A stretch of DNA of 6,267 bases from a virus. Below are positions 5,472 through 6,267 of this stretch, piece after piece (positions within the stretch are counted from its first letter, which is position 1; the number at the start of each line of letters is the position of its first letter). A model generated the notes under the pieces. The model did no database searches and had not been told where the DNA came from. It saw only the letters and a list, made by a program, of their open reading frames with translations. The DNA is taken from UHGV virus genome UHGV-1290421; one strand, written 5' to 3'. Made by a program: the position numbers and the translations under genes.

Positions 5472-6267
5472 ATGGAACCGTATAATGTCAAGATAATCAC
5501 TTATCCTGACCTTACAAAACAGTATCGTATTTATCATAATACGATTGGTACGGATGATTTAAGTATTCCTGTACGGCCTCATAAGAAGGGGGAACGGAAT
5601 CCATTTGACGGTAAGGTTTGTAAGGAAATATTGGTTGATATAAAGGATTATAAAAATCATGTGGATGATGTAAGTATAAAAAGAACAAAGAAAAAGGTCT
5701 ATGATTATGCCAAATCAAATGAATGGGAATGGTTTGTCACTTTTACTTTCAGTCCTGATAAAGTGAATCGTTATGATTATGATGAATGTACAAAGTATCT
5801 TAGTAAATGGTTTAATAATCTAAAACGTTCCTCTCCTGCTCTCTCCTATCTGGTTGTTCCTGAACAACATAAGGATGGCGCATATCATTTTCATGGATTA
5901 TTTAGTGGGATGAATGAACGTCAGATAGTATGGACTGGTAAGTATGTTATAAAGCGTGTCCGTGGGCTTAGAAGTAAGTTTGTTCGTACGAAAGAAAAGA
6001 TATATAAGATAGGCAGTTATAAGTTGGGTTGGATGACGGCTACAAGGGTTCGTGAGATGGAAAAGGTCACGTCCTACATAACAAAGTACATCACGAAAGA
6101 TATGTTGAACGGTCTGCATGGTAGAAAACGTTATTGGTGTTCCAGGAATTTGGTTTTGCCTTTGGAAGAGGTTTTTATCCTGGATGCCACAGACCGGTTC
6201 ATTCTGTCCCAGGAACTGGATGACAGTTCAAGGTTCAAGAAGGTTTCGCAAGTGTGTTATGGGGACA
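5472..6267 (+). CDS. Rolling-circle replication initiator (HUH endonuclease, superfamily I two-tyrosine type, as in phiX174 gpA / Microviridae VP4). 3' partial, 265 codons in the window.
   Basis: ATG 5472 with GGGGGAAA RBS. Motif I is FVTFTF. Motif II is YHFHGLF (HxH). Motif III is YITKYITK (Y-x-x-K-Y-x-x-K). The ORF is open to the window end and is absent from the supplied track because no stop was reached. Confidence 0.85.
   Translation, partial: MEPYNVKIITYPDLTKQYRIYHNTIGTDDLSIPVRPHKKGERNPFDGKVCKEILVDIKDYKNHVDDVSIKRTKKKVYDYAKSNEWEWFVTFTFSPDKVNRYDYDECTKYLSKWFNNLKRSSPALSYLVVPEQHKDGAYHFHGLFSGMNERQIVWTGKYVIKRVRGLRSKFVRTKEKIYKIGSYKLGWMTATRVREMEKVTSYITKYITKDMLNGLHGRKRYWCSRNLVLPLEEVFILDATDRFILSQELDDSSRFKKVSQVCYGD

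Larger units (their letters stand above)
1..6267 (+). mobile_element. Near-complete filamentous ssDNA phage (inovirus-like) genome or prophage. The Rep gene is cut by the window end, so the element is probably circular at about 6.5-7 kb.
   Basis: Co-occurrence of a gV-like ssDNA-binding protein, a pVIII-like major coat protein, a Zot/pI-like Walker ATPase, C-terminally anchored pIII-like proteins, an HUH rolling-circle Rep and a divergent small repressor. Nearly all genes lie on one strand with a T-rich sense strand. There is a terminator directly after the coat gene. Confidence 0.7.

Noticed and set aside
5201-6119. Minus-strand ORFs 5201..5500, 5512..5718 and 5898..6119
   Set aside because: They overlap the pVI-like gene, the ori hairpin or the Rep gene, whose three HUH motifs fix the true frame on the + strand. 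The His/Pro/Tyr-rich products are typical antisense artefacts.
1-6267. Searched for CRISPR repeats, tRNA/rRNA-like structure, integrase or recombinase genes, a secretin (pIV) gene, and dif-like Xer sites
   Set aside because: No regularly spaced direct repeats, no cloverleaf-capable segments, and no ORF with tyrosine- or serine-recombinase or secretin features. No convincing 11-6-11 Xer site could be identified by eye. Any integration mechanism, if present, must lie outside the window or use an unrecognised site.

Overview
The window reads as most of the genome, or an integrated copy, of a small filamentous ssDNA phage (inovirus-like). A co-directional + strand module carries strong AAGGAGG-type Shine-Dalgarno sites on most + strand genes and encodes: a gV-like ssDNA-binding protein (1060-1293), a pVIII-like major coat protein with signal peptide and basic C-tail (1309-1599), a strong rho-independent terminator, a Zot/pI-like P-loop assembly ATPase (1652-2320), a chain of translationally coupled membrane or exported proteins (43 aa, 270 aa, 76 aa, 458 aa, 90 aa), and a 3'-truncated rolling-circle Rep of the two-tyrosine phiX174-gpA / microvirus-VP4 type (5472-end). 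A ribbon-helix-helix repressor-like gene (473-679) is transcribed divergently on the minus strand from a promoter region carrying paired inverted-repeat operator candidates. Before it lie convergent small hydrophobic ORFs and a hairpin terminator. I see no tRNA, rRNA, CRISPR, integrase or secretin. SD usage, about 40% GC and the lack of a secretin suggest a Gram-positive (Firmicutes-like) host. The gene order is unusual: a short ATPase-only pI, two pIII-like anchored proteins, and a secreted poly-Asp/Glu protein. Together with the mosaic Rep type, this makes it a candidate for a previously undescribed inovirus lineage. All functional calls rest on sequence motifs and architecture read by eye; no database search was possible.
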